A stretch of DNA of 64,000 nucleotides, taken from the NCBI GenBank assembly GCA_015231175.1, contig JADGBZ010000001.1, positions 18,407 to 82,406 on the forward strand, read 5' to 3'. The notes below the pieces were generated by a model. It was not told the DNA's origin. It was given only the letters and a program-made list of their open reading frames with translations, and made no database searches. The stretch comes from Magnetococcales bacterium (GTDB taxonomy: Bacteria > Pseudomonadota > Magnetococcia > Magnetococcales > DC0425bin3). Positions 34,799 through 43,679 of the stretch are shown piece by piece. Numbering within the stretch: position 1 is the stretch's first letter; each line of letters opens with the position of its first letter. Position numbers and translations under genes: made by a program.

Positions 34799-36906
34799 TT
34801 CTTCCTGTATATTGAACTGACCAGATGGATAATAACGATCAACTGCATAACACCCAGCATGCCACCTTGCCATTTCGGATAAATGGCCAACATTTCATCC
34901 GACTGGGATACCAGCATTTTACAAGCCATGGAGATATCCTCGGCACCCACTTCCCCTTCAATGGACAGTTTAACAACCTCATGTTCAAAATCGAGATTTA
35001 CATCAATCCGCAAACCGCAGATGCCTATCAGGATGCGCACAAGCTCCTCACAATAGATTGCATTACGCACCTGCACATCCAGTTTGAGTTTCATCGCGGA
35101 TTCATTCTGGTGTTTCGCGTCGAGAAGATCCAGCTCCTCCGAGTTGACAGGCCGAAGTGAAAACACAATGTCGGCATGACCACGCTGGGGTTTGATGAAA
35201 CGTTCCGCATCCGCAACCCTCCTGGCGAGAAATTCCAGTACCTTCTCCCTGGATTGACCTCGTTTGGCAACGTCACGCCTGATTTTGAAATAGCGCCGCA
35301 AATCATCGTCCATATCCAAGAAAACACGGACATCACTCATTTCGTTGAGCGTCGGTGTGTATAGTGCGTGCAAGCCACTGACCAGGATGACATCGTTGTC
35401 ATTCACCACCACGCCCCGCATGAAGCGTCCACTATCGTGGTCATATTTGCGGCAGTGGATGCGGCGCCCCCGAAAAATGGACTGAATGTCATTGACGAAC
35501 GCAAGGAGGTTGTTGGCCCTGGGGTTGAGATGGGTGATCACCTTCCACATGGGCGAGAACCGATCCCAGAGGTGATAATCGTCACCCGAAACACTGACCA
35601 CCGAAGCATCCCCAAACAAACCGGCCAGGTGCAGAACCAGGGTATCCTTGCCACTGCCGGAATCTCCCGCCACAGTGATCATCAGAGGGCGACGAAAGAC
35701 TCGAAAATAGCCATTTTTTATGACACCATCCCTGAAAAGAATCCAAAGCAGAAACAAGCAAACCGTAACCAGCCCGGTTTGCCATAACATATACACCCGC
35801 TCTGGCAAATGGACAGGGGTGGGATGGGTGAGGTCCAACGCCAGCCAAGTTATTTCGGACCCACTGCTGTTGAAGGGAGCGACGCCCAGGAAAAAAATGG
35901 TCAGAGGGGCCAAAAGCCAAGCCATCAAAGGAGATCCACTCTGCAAAATATGGATGACCAAAAATGGCAAAGACCAGTAATACCACCCGACCGAAGCTGG
36001 AGTCAGAACCAGAAGAATCATAAAGCCAATACAGATACAAGAAACCAAAATCTCGTTATTCATTCGGCGTAATTGAAAAATGAAAAAAAACAATAGACTG
36101 TAAACCATGGGCACCACAAAAATGGAGATCCCTCCTGAAATATTGAACTTGAGAAAATAGAGTTTATCCATCTCCCGATTGTTCAACACCATAGCCTGCA
36201 CGGCTTCGCTTAAAAAGAGGGGTATTTGCAGGAGCGCGAGGGGAAGCAGAAAAGCCAGAAAATGCCGCCAGCGCACCCAATGCAACCGTTTGTTTTGGTT
36301 TAAATAAAGAAAAAAGAAGGGCGCAACGATCAACATGCTGAGTTTGGTCGCTACGGCCAAGCCCAGAAAAGCTCCCGAGAGTTTGAAACGAAAGCGGCGC
36401 AGAGTGGCCAAGGAACACAGGAGAAAGAAGACAGGAACGATATCGGTCTGGCCGTACCAGTACCCCACATAAAGAACTATGGGAGAGAGCCAATAGAGCT
36501 GTAACACCCGTTTTTCCTCTGCGGGGAAAAGACTCCGCAACAGCATCAGGGTGAAAAAGTCAAACAGGAGCGTCGTCAGGCCAAAGCCGATCAGGACCAG
36601 GCCGTGTGAAGACAACAAGGTGTCGAATAAGGCGCCGATCAAAACTCCGGGCAAATAAGAGAGATACATGACGGGACCATAGGGGAAGGCCAAAAGGTCG
36701 CCGTGCTGGGACAAAAACGTGGACCACGGGTTCTGCGGAATATGCAGGACCGTGTCACGGATGAAGGGGACGAACCAATGCGCCTGCGCCCACGAGGTGG
36801 CCACGAGGATAAGTACGCCCCGCGCCAAAAGACCTGCCAGGAAAAACTTGCAGCGCCACAAAGTTGCCAAGGAGGTTATATCCATCGCTGGGGAAACTTG
36901 GTGCAA
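34795..36906 (-). CDS. Fusion protein: N-terminal polytopic membrane domain (GT-C/DUF2029-like) + C-terminal phosphoribulokinase/uridine-kinase-family P-loop domain
   Basis: About 390 aa with more than 10 TM helices, then ITVAGDSGSGKDTL (P-loop), ...GDDYHLWDR..., CRKYDHDSGRF, ILVSGLHAL, VFLDMDDDLRRYFKIRRDVAKRGQS (PRK/Udk family pattern). An alternative start lies at 36885. Confidence 0.7.
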   Translation of the reverse strand: MHQVSPAMDITSLATLWRCKFFLAGLLARGVLILVATSWAQAHWFVPFIRDTVLHIPQNPWSTFLSQHGDLLAFPYGPVMYLSYLPGVLIGALFDTLLSSHGLVLIGFGLTTLLFDFFTLMLLRSLFPAEEKRVLQLYWLSPIVLYVGYWYGQTDIVPVFFLLCSLATLRRFRFKLSGAFLGLAVATKLSMLIVAPFFFLYLNQNKRLHWVRWRHFLAFLLPLALLQIPLFLSEAVQAMVLNNREMDKLYFLKFNISGGISIFVVPMVYSLLFFFIFQLRRMNNEILVSCICIGFMILLVLTPASVGWYYWSLPFLVIHILQSGSPLMAWLLAPLTIFFLGVAPFNSSGSEITWLALDLTHPTPVHLPERVYMLWQTGLVTVCLFLLWILFRDGVIKNGYFRVFRRPLMITVAGDSGSGKDTLVLHLAGLFGDASVVSVSGDDYHLWDRFSPMWKVITHLNPRANNLLAFVNDIQSIFRGRRIHCRKYDHDSGRFMRGVVVNDNDVILVSGLHALYTPTLNEMSDVRVFLDMDDDLRRYFKIRRDVAKRGQSREKVLEFLARRVADAERFIKPQRGHADIVFSLRPVNSEELDLLDAKHQNESAMKLKLDVQVRNAIYCEELVRILIGICGLRIDVNLDFEHEVVKLSIEGEVGAEDISMACKMLVSQSDEMLAIYPKWQGGMLGVMQLIVIIHLVSSIYRKK

Positions 36907-37469
36907 ACGGCAGCAGGACTCAGATGCATGGATTGCAAAGTTGCGCGCAAAGATCGAATCTCTTCCGGATCAAAACGCCCTTGCAGCTCTGGCGAAACCA
37001 GGCACAGTTTGAACCGAGCCTCTCCCAACTGCCGCACATCGTGTTCGGTCAACGGAAATCGGGTAAAACAGTCCACCCAGACCCAATCCACCATTCCCCC
37101 CAAAGCAAGAGCCGTCGCCACGGTTTCAAACTCAGAGACCCTGACGGCACATCTCGTTTCGCCACTTCTAGCGGTCTTCAGCAAGAACGGGAAAGATTGA
37201 TCCAAAAAGAAAAAATCGTGGATGCCCCTTTGCGCCATGATCTCCAGAAGAGCCTGCTCCAGCCCCTCTTCCTTGACATTCAAAATGAGCAACCGATGGT
37301 TATAATCGTCCAGCCAGGTCTCGAACCGTTCCCCTGAGACAAAAGGGTCGTGGTGAAGAATCAGTTCCGAACCCCGGGAACGAAGATCCACCTCCACGCC
37401 AAATTCCTGCGGCGCATCGAGTAGTTGCTTTCGGGTATTGATGCGATGGCTGACAAGGATCACGGTCAT
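36876..37469 (-). CDS. Glycerophosphodiester-phosphodiesterase-like (GDPD/PI-PLC fold) protein
   Basis: 197 aa. N-terminus ILVSHRINT...FGVEVDLR...LILHHD resembles the H-R...E-x-D...H catalytic pattern of GDPD-fold enzymes. The assignment is tentative. Confidence 0.5.
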   Translation of the reverse strand: MTVILVSHRINTRKQLLDAPQEFGVEVDLRSRGSELILHHDPFVSGERFETWLDDYNHRLLILNVKEEGLEQALLEIMAQRGIHDFFFLDQSFPFLLKTARSGETRCAVRVSEFETVATALALGGMVDWVWVDCFTRFPLTEHDVRQLGEARFKLCLVSPELQGRFDPEEIRSLRATLQSMHLSPAAVCTKFPQRWI

Positions 37470-38191
37470 CCTTTCAGACGACGTCGCAGGGAGAGACTGA
37501 AATCCACGGTACGTTTGATAAATTTATATTTTGCCCGCCAGTTGATGTTCCAGTGGGAAACACCATGCGCACGTTTGCCGAACAAAACCGGAAAACGTTC
37601 CACCCGCAAACCCTGATGTTTGGCATGATAATAGGCATACAGATCCAGGGAGAAATCGTGGGGCGGATTCTGCCACTTTTCAAAGAAACACTTTGGAAGC
37701 ATGGTTGGTTGGGCGTTGATATCCCACAAGGGCACCCGCAGAAGCATGCTCTCGAAGACGCCCATGCCGACGGTGAAAAGAAGATCTGCCAGAGGACGGC
37801 CATGGCGTCTACCTTTGACAAACAACCTTTCCGGTTCAGGGAGAGAGCGATAGAGTCGCAACCCTTTCAGAAGATCGAGGGGATCCGTTTGCATGTCGGC
37901 ATGGGTCCAGGCCAGAATGGGGTGCTCTGCGACCCGCAGACCAGAGAGAATACCGAAGCCATAGCCTTGATTGAGCTCAACCCGCACGCTGCGGATGCGC
38001 GTCTCCCCAGTCAGAAGGCGCTGCAAAATGGCCGGGGTATCATCCCGGGAACCGTTATCCACCAGGATCACCTCCACCCCTTCATGAGCCACGACCCTTC
38101 GACAACGCTCCACCAGAAGGGAAAGATTGGCCCCTTCGTTGTAGCAGGGAATGACGAGAGAGATCCCAACCATGTCAGGAAAATTTTTCAT
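37466..38191 (-). CDS. Family-2 glycosyltransferase, polyprenyl-phosphate sugar synthase type (GtrB/ArnC/Dpm1-like)
   Basis: ISLVIPCYNEGANL...VILVDNGSRDDT...HADMQTDP, the GT-A DxD-type pattern. 4-nt overlaps with neighbours. Confidence 0.8.
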   Translation of the reverse strand: MKNFPDMVGISLVIPCYNEGANLSLLVERCRRVVAHEGVEVILVDNGSRDDTPAILQRLLTGETRIRSVRVELNQGYGFGILSGLRVAEHPILAWTHADMQTDPLDLLKGLRLYRSLPEPERLFVKGRRHGRPLADLLFTVGMGVFESMLLRVPLWDINAQPTMLPKCFFEKWQNPPHDFSLDLYAYYHAKHQGLRVERFPVLFGKRAHGVSHWNINWRAKYKFIKRTVDFSLSLRRRLKG

Positions 38192-38616
38192 CAGACGGAG
38201 GGCACCCTCCCCCGTGGGGAAGCAACGCCGGGGTTGAAGACAAAATGTTTCATTCCCAAGAAATTAAACGTGGCAGAGAGTGCCGTAGCGACTAAAAAGG
38301 CAAAACGCAGACCCCATTCACCAACGCCAAACTGCCAGAGGAGAAGAGAGTTAGCCCCAACGTTCACCCCCAGGCCCGCAAGATAGACGATCCCAAACCG
38401 GACCACAAGCCCCATCCCCGTAGCCTGAGATTGAAAGGTCCAGCCACGGTTGGCAAGAAAAGCAAAGACTGAACCAACGACAAAACCGACCGCCTTCGCC
38501 GCAGGGAGGGACACATTCAACCAGATCAGCAAGCGGTAGGTGAGAAAATCGATCAACACTGTGGTCGATCCCACCACCAGAAAACGCAATAACTCCTGGG
38601 AAAACAATTTCCTCAT
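38191..38616 (-). CDS. GtrA-family small membrane protein
   Basis: Trimmed to MRKLFSQELLRFLVVGSTTVLIDFLTYRLL... (GtrA N-terminal signature), 4 TM helices, 141 aa. ATG 38616 overlaps the upstream TGA (ATGA). Confidence 0.8.
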   Translation of the reverse strand: MRKLFSQELLRFLVVGSTTVLIDFLTYRLLIWLNVSLPAAKAVGFVVGSVFAFLANRGWTFQSQATGMGLVVRFGIVYLAGLGVNVGANSLLLWQFGVGEWGLRFAFLVATALSATFNFLGMKHFVFNPGVASPRGRVPSV

Positions 38617-40271
38617 GTGCGAACACCGAGCAAGCGAGGCAGAGTTGGACGATAACGTTCCGCCAGAAGGGATACGGCCTCGGCAGGAACCCGTGGATCC
38701 TTTTCCAGGCGGTAGGGGTGCGCATTCCACTTGTGAAAACAGGATTGCCAATATTCAAAGGTGCGCAGCTCGTCAGGAGTACCCCAACAGAGATAGTGAT
38801 CCACTGCAAAAATCTGGCAGGAGAGGCCCAGGGCCAAGGCATCGTTGATGCAGGTGTCCACGTAGAATTCGCCGTTGATCCGCGCACCCCGATGGATCAT
38901 GCGTTGTGTTGCCGCCACAAAATCCCCCGCCCGCTTGAAGGTGAACGTCCCGAGGATAACAGGATCCCGCGCAGGGTCGCCCAGAGGAGTTTTGACCGAA
39001 ACCCCCGTCACCCAGCTCCCCTCGGTCATGACCCAACCGTACATCTCGGGATGTCGCGCAGCTCCAGCGTGACCTCGCACCACCCACACGATAAGATCGG
39101 TTTCTGGATCTTCCAGGAGGCGCACCAGCCCGGCAGGATCGTAAAGGGCACCATTGTCACTGGCTCCGATGGTGACGGGCTGGTCCAACGCCACCCCTTC
39201 CATGCCCAGCAAACAGGTGCGCGCCTGGCCATCGGTCAACTCATCGAGGGACACCACTTCCACAGAACGAAAAGCCTGCTCCAAAGCCTGGCGCGTCTCG
39301 GTGGCCATGAGCATATCCCGACGCACTACAAAACGGTAGCGTTCGGCCTTGGGCAGATCGTGCGTGGCCTGTACCACCATCGGTTGCCCCGAGACCGGAA
39401 TCAGCGGCTTCGATACGGTAAAGCCCTCCCGGGAAAAACGGCTTCCCAGTCCCGCCATTGGCACCAGAACGGTCCCTTCGTGGCGCGGTGCTGGGGAGGG
39501 TAAGGGTTGGGCCAACCGATTGAATACAGAGGACCAATGCTGGTACTCCTCCAGCATTTCCGGGGTACCCCACTGCATAAAATGCTGCAACTCGTAGACT
39601 GCCACGGCCCGGCATTCGGCCAACATCGGTTTATAAGCCAAGCTGACATAATACTCACCACCAACTGTCTGCCCCTCATCCATAGCGCGTTGAAAGCAGT
39701 GCCGCATGATCTCTCCAGAGGCAAAATAGTAGGTGCCGCTGGAGGCATACTCTTGCATAGGATTGTTTGTAAACGGCTGTTTCTCCTGAATATCAAGCAA
39801 CCACCCCCCCTGCTCCCGCAAATAGGCATAGAAGGTTGACCCCAAAGAGTGGGGATGGAAGCCCCGATAAGCGGGGATGGCACCGTCACATGAACATTCA
39901 TCAACAAATTCTTTAAAATGATTGTAATCCCAATAGCATGTAAAGTCACAATAGTTGACAATGGTTGGTCGACGAAGGTCAACCTGGTCCATCACCTGGG
40001 CAACGGCATAAACCGGCCCCAACTTGTGTGGCTCGATGGCCAGAATGCGCCCAGATGGACAAAACTCCCGGAGAAGTTCTGCCATATGGTATGTCGGATC
40101 TTCCAAATGTTGGCGGTTGCAGACAAAGGTTACATCCTCTTCTCCGGGAAAAAGATCCAACACGTGGGCAATAATGGGTTTCCCGTCGACTGGAATCAAT
40201 GGTTTGGGAACGGTATAACCAGCTTTTTGAAAGCGGGCACCGAACCCGGACATGGGAATGATGATCTGCAC
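38613..40271 (-). CDS. Tandem (double) sugar-phosphate nucleotidyltransferase
   Basis: Two NTP-transferase N-terminal signatures in one 552-aa chain: IIPMSGFGARFQKAGYTVPKPLIPVDGKPII and VLVPMAGLGSRFSREGFTVSKPLIPVSGQPMV. Confidence 0.8.
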   Translation of the reverse strand: MQIIIPMSGFGARFQKAGYTVPKPLIPVDGKPIIAHVLDLFPGEEDVTFVCNRQHLEDPTYHMAELLREFCPSGRILAIEPHKLGPVYAVAQVMDQVDLRRPTIVNYCDFTCYWDYNHFKEFVDECSCDGAIPAYRGFHPHSLGSTFYAYLREQGGWLLDIQEKQPFTNNPMQEYASSGTYYFASGEIMRHCFQRAMDEGQTVGGEYYVSLAYKPMLAECRAVAVYELQHFMQWGTPEMLEEYQHWSSVFNRLAQPLPSPAPRHEGTVLVPMAGLGSRFSREGFTVSKPLIPVSGQPMVVQATHDLPKAERYRFVVRRDMLMATETRQALEQAFRSVEVVSLDELTDGQARTCLLGMEGVALDQPVTIGASDNGALYDPAGLVRLLEDPETDLIVWVVRGHAGAARHPEMYGWVMTEGSWVTGVSVKTPLGDPARDPVILGTFTFKRAGDFVAATQRMIHRGARINGEFYVDTCINDALALGLSCQIFAVDHYLCWGTPDELRTFEYWQSCFHKWNAHPYRLEKDPRVPAEAVSLLAERYRPTLPRLLGVRT

Positions 40272-40403
40272 CTTAACCTCCCTCGATCATGACAACTCTG
40301 CACCCCTCCAGAAACGGCCCGGCACGAAGGGTTCGTCTGGATTTCACCCCAAACCCGACCGGGATTCACTCCAGGATCCGTTCGGTCGCCTGTCTTCTGG
40401 TTC

Positions 40404-40560
40404 GCAACCATTCAGCACCCTTTCAAGAAAAGCTGGAAAAGCTGAGACATGAAAGCCTTTATCAGGGCTTCGCCTCGAACCCCCACCAGAACTCTGTCCT
40501 GGACCTGCCAGGAAGCCGACTCCCTGGACTCCAACTCGTTGCCGGGTGGCGAACAGCCAC
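40404..40560 (+). mobile_element. MITE family A, copy 3
   Basis: GCAACCATTCAGCACCCTTTCAAGAAAAGC...ATGAAAGCCTTTATCAGGGCTTCGCC...CTGCCAGGAAGCCGACTCCCTGGAC...GGGTGGCGAACAGCCAC. It sits in the only long intergenic gap of the 41711->34013 operon. No clear TSD. Confidence 0.8.
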
Positions 40561-40607
40561 ACATGGCCAAGCTCAGCATGACCACCCTCGATCCGTCTCG
40601 TGAAGGA

Positions 40608-41711
40608 TTATGGAAGGTCAGATGGGACGGAATGATCCATGGCTTGACGATATTTCTCCGCATCCCAGTTGGTCAATTCATCCTCCTCTTCGGGAGTGAG
40701 ACAACGGACCCCGAGGGTTGAGGCCAATCGGCGCGTGACCAAGGAGTGGCAGTGCAGCATGGCCTCGGCACCCGGCGAAAGAGCAGGACCGAACAGAACA
40801 CCCTCATTTTCCACCACGCAAAAAGCAGCATTCGCCCATCGCCCCACTCCCTGATCCAGAGGCGTGTCGGCAGGCAAAAGACAGGAGTCCCGCCCCAGGT
40901 AAACCACATGGTCAGGATACAAGGCTGGCCGCAACAGCAGTGCCCTGGCCACGGGGTCAAAGGCCATGGCATGAAGATCCAGGTGATCGGGTACGCGCCA
41001 AAGGGGCAGGGTGGATATCCTCGCATGGAGCCGCTCCCACACCGGAGCAGGTGTTGCACGCAGGGGAAGGGCGAGTCGCCGCTCCACATCCCAAAGCAAG
41101 GACTCGGCGGCTGCACAATTTTCTCCTCCCACCACAAGTCCGTGGTTGCCAAGGAAAAGCACATCCGGTAACCGCTCTTGCCCCGCCAACTGTACAACAA
41201 TTTCCCGGGTCAGAGGCAAACCTGGACGACGGTAAGGAATCCAGGCCCATGCCATGCCCCCCAAAAGATGGGCCAATCGTTGGGGAGCATCGGCCAAAAC
41301 GGCCCAGGCGATGGCATTGACTGAGTGGACATGCAACACCACCGTGTGCGGCAGCAGTGCGTGCATGGAGGTTTCGATGGAAGGTCGCAAGGAAGAGGAC
41401 TCTGCCATCTGGCCCCCAAACGTGTCGAGTCTGTTCTCGGCGATAACTTGTCGCACCTCATCCAAAAAAAGAGGAACAAATACCTGTGCATCCTCAGCCC
41501 GAGAAAGCCAGGTTCCGGACCCTTTAACCCACAAGATCCCCTCCTGCTTGAAGGAGGTGTTTCCGCCTCCCCCCTGAATCAAGTTGATGTCCTGCCCTAT
41601 CCTGCCGGAGAGGTGATAGAAGGTCTTTGGGGGGCAGGAGATCGACATGGCCAAGGAGATCCTGTCAAGTATGGGCGGTGCCATCCTGGATTGGTCAGTC
41701 CACTGCGGCAT
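40608..41711 (-). CDS. Class II aldolase/adducin-domain protein (long form, like the N-domain of bifunctional aldolase/SDR enzymes)
   Basis: QGGGGNTSFKQEGILWVKGSGTWL and SIETSMHALLPHTVVLHVHSVNAIAW, followed by LGNHGLVVGG. Confidence 0.7.
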   Translation of the reverse strand: MPQWTDQSRMAPPILDRISLAMSISCPPKTFYHLSGRIGQDINLIQGGGGNTSFKQEGILWVKGSGTWLSRAEDAQVFVPLFLDEVRQVIAENRLDTFGGQMAESSSLRPSIETSMHALLPHTVVLHVHSVNAIAWAVLADAPQRLAHLLGGMAWAWIPYRRPGLPLTREIVVQLAGQERLPDVLFLGNHGLVVGGENCAAAESLLWDVERRLALPLRATPAPVWERLHARISTLPLWRVPDHLDLHAMAFDPVARALLLRPALYPDHVVYLGRDSCLLPADTPLDQGVGRWANAAFCVVENEGVLFGPALSPGAEAMLHCHSLVTRRLASTLGVRCLTPEEEDELTNWDAEKYRQAMDHSVPSDLP

Positions 41712-41889
41712 TCAAGCACCAAACAACCCTCCCGTCAAAGCAGAAACAAACCTGCTGGCCCCTACTATCATCGAGGATGGCCACCCAACTCGACCATCGT
41801 CGAGCCAAATCGGTTGCTCCTGCGCCACCCCATACCCTGCCGGTTACGCGCCCAGAACGTTGCCCTCAGCCCCTTGAAGCTGTAGATTC

Positions 41890-43588
41890 GTAGTCGTTCA
41901 GAGACCCCTGGACCTGAAAGCCCAATGATGATTTGATGGGGGCGATGTCGCAACAGATTGCAAGGTTCACTCCATGAAGCTTACTGACCACGATTTGCTC
42001 CAGTTTGATGAGAGATATCTGGCTTCCCTTGAGCCGGGTTCTCTGTTGGCAGTGAGCAAAAAGCTTTTGTCCGATCTCAAGGAATCTCGTGAGCGTTTAA
42101 ACCAGACGCCCGACAACAGTTCCCGCCCCCCCAGTAGCCGTTCCCCTTACCTTGGGATTCCAGAGGAAGGGGGGGTAGACTCTTCGAATGAGCATAACGA
42201 AGATGTCACGAACTCTTCGGTTGAGAAGGGAAAATCGGAAAAAGAAGACGACGATCACAGAGATGGTAATGGTTCTGGTGGTTCCGACAGCACAGGGAAA
42301 TCACGCTTTAAAAAGCAGAAGCGCAAAGCGGGAAAACAGGTCGGCGCTCCTGGCTATGGACGGCAGCAGAAGATTCCGGCTCAGCGGGAGGAGATTCATA
42401 AAGCGGACAAGTGCGTAGCCTGTGACGCCGTCATTCCTCTGGATATTCCATTTGCGGCCCAGATCGGGTTTTTTGTTTTGGAGTTGATCAGTGGAACTTT
42501 GGAGCATCCTGGTTTGAGACTGGAATGCACCAAGCACCTTTTTGGTGATTCCATTTGTGGATGTGGACATGTCACCCGTACTGGTCCTGGAATTGGGGAG
42601 CGACACGTAGTGGAGGGTCGAAAAGATGCCACCTGTCTGAGTGAATGGCGACTGATTGGCCCCATGCTGGCGGCATTCATCGTGGCCCTTAACCTGCGCA
42701 TGAGACTGTCGCGGCCCCGGATCCGGGAATTTTTGATGGATTGGTTCAGCCTGGAACTGAGCGCCGGGACCATCGACAAGTGTATCCGCAAAGCCGGTTT
42801 GGCGGTGAATCCGATTTATCAAGATGAACTGATTGACGAGGCTCGCCAATCTGGCTTGATCAACGTGGACGAGACCCCATGGAAGGAAAAGGGGGTTGCC
42901 CGATGGTTGTGGGTATTCGTGACAGCCAACACGGTCTTGTTTTTTGTGGGTCGTCGCACCCAGCAGGTTGTCTTGGACATTCTGACCGAGGCCTATGCGG
43001 GCTGGCTGATGAGTGACGGACTCATGAACTATCGGATCTTTTCGAGACGGCTCCGCTGCTTGGCCCACTTGATCCGAAAGGCGCGAGGGTTGGCTGAGAG
43101 TCTTGATGCAGAGACCAAGCTGTTCGGCGACAGGACATTGGAAGTCCTGGAGTTCGTCGTTGGTCAAGTCCGAGACGGACCTGATCGGACCATCTTTCAG
43201 CCGATACTGTCAGATTTCAAATGGCTCTGCGAATGGCATAGGGCGGAAACGCCAGAGGGAAAGCTGCGCAGCCTTGCCGTTGAGTTTCTCAACGACTGGG
43301 ATGTGATTTGGATGACTCTGGAACATCCAGATTTGCCGTTGACCAACAACGAGGCGGAACGCGCCCTGCGCCACTGGGTCATTGCCCGCTTGATCAGCCA
43401 TGGGACTCGCACTGCTGAAGGGAGTCGGGTCTTTACCGTATTGGCCAGTGTGATCGAAACCTGCCGGAGGCGGAAAGTATCTCCTTGGACCTATCTGGCG
43501 ACGGTTATTGCAGAACGTAAAAAGGGCAACCCCTCACCAGCTTTGCCCGTTCCGATGGTGGTTTAAGGTGGGGTCTCTGAACGGTTAC
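41890..43588 (+). mobile_element. IS66-family insertion sequence, single-ORF type (1699 bp)
   Basis: IRs GTAGTCGTTCAGAGACCCC / GGGGTCTCTGAACGGTTAC (17/19). The 8-bp flanks GTAGATTC and GTAGACTC match 7/8. Confidence 0.88.
41974..43566 (+). CDS. IS66-family DDE transposase
   Basis: 530 aa: LNQTPDNSSRPPSS, CVACDAV / CGCGH zinc-finger-like pairs, NVDETPW, LMSDGLMNY, CLAHLIRKA, LTNNEAERALRHWV. Confidence 0.9.
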   Translation: MKLTDHDLLQFDERYLASLEPGSLLAVSKKLLSDLKESRERLNQTPDNSSRPPSSRSPYLGIPEEGGVDSSNEHNEDVTNSSVEKGKSEKEDDDHRDGNGSGGSDSTGKSRFKKQKRKAGKQVGAPGYGRQQKIPAQREEIHKADKCVACDAVIPLDIPFAAQIGFFVLELISGTLEHPGLRLECTKHLFGDSICGCGHVTRTGPGIGERHVVEGRKDATCLSEWRLIGPMLAAFIVALNLRMRLSRPRIREFLMDWFSLELSAGTIDKCIRKAGLAVNPIYQDELIDEARQSGLINVDETPWKEKGVARWLWVFVTANTVLFFVGRRTQQVVLDILTEAYAGWLMSDGLMNYRIFSRRLRCLAHLIRKARGLAESLDAETKLFGDRTLEVLEFVVGQVRDGPDRTIFQPILSDFKWLCEWHRAETPEGKLRSLAVEFLNDWDVIWMTLEHPDLPLTNNEAERALRHWVIARLISHGTRTAEGSRVFTVLASVIETCRRRKVSPWTYLATVIAERKKGNPSPALPVPMVV

Positions 43589-43679
43589 GTAGACTCGGCC
43601 TGTTGGTTGATATGCGCCAGATGCGTTGGCAAGGGTTCACCATCATCAACTTCTGCGCAAGAGTCGGGCGGCTAAAAAA

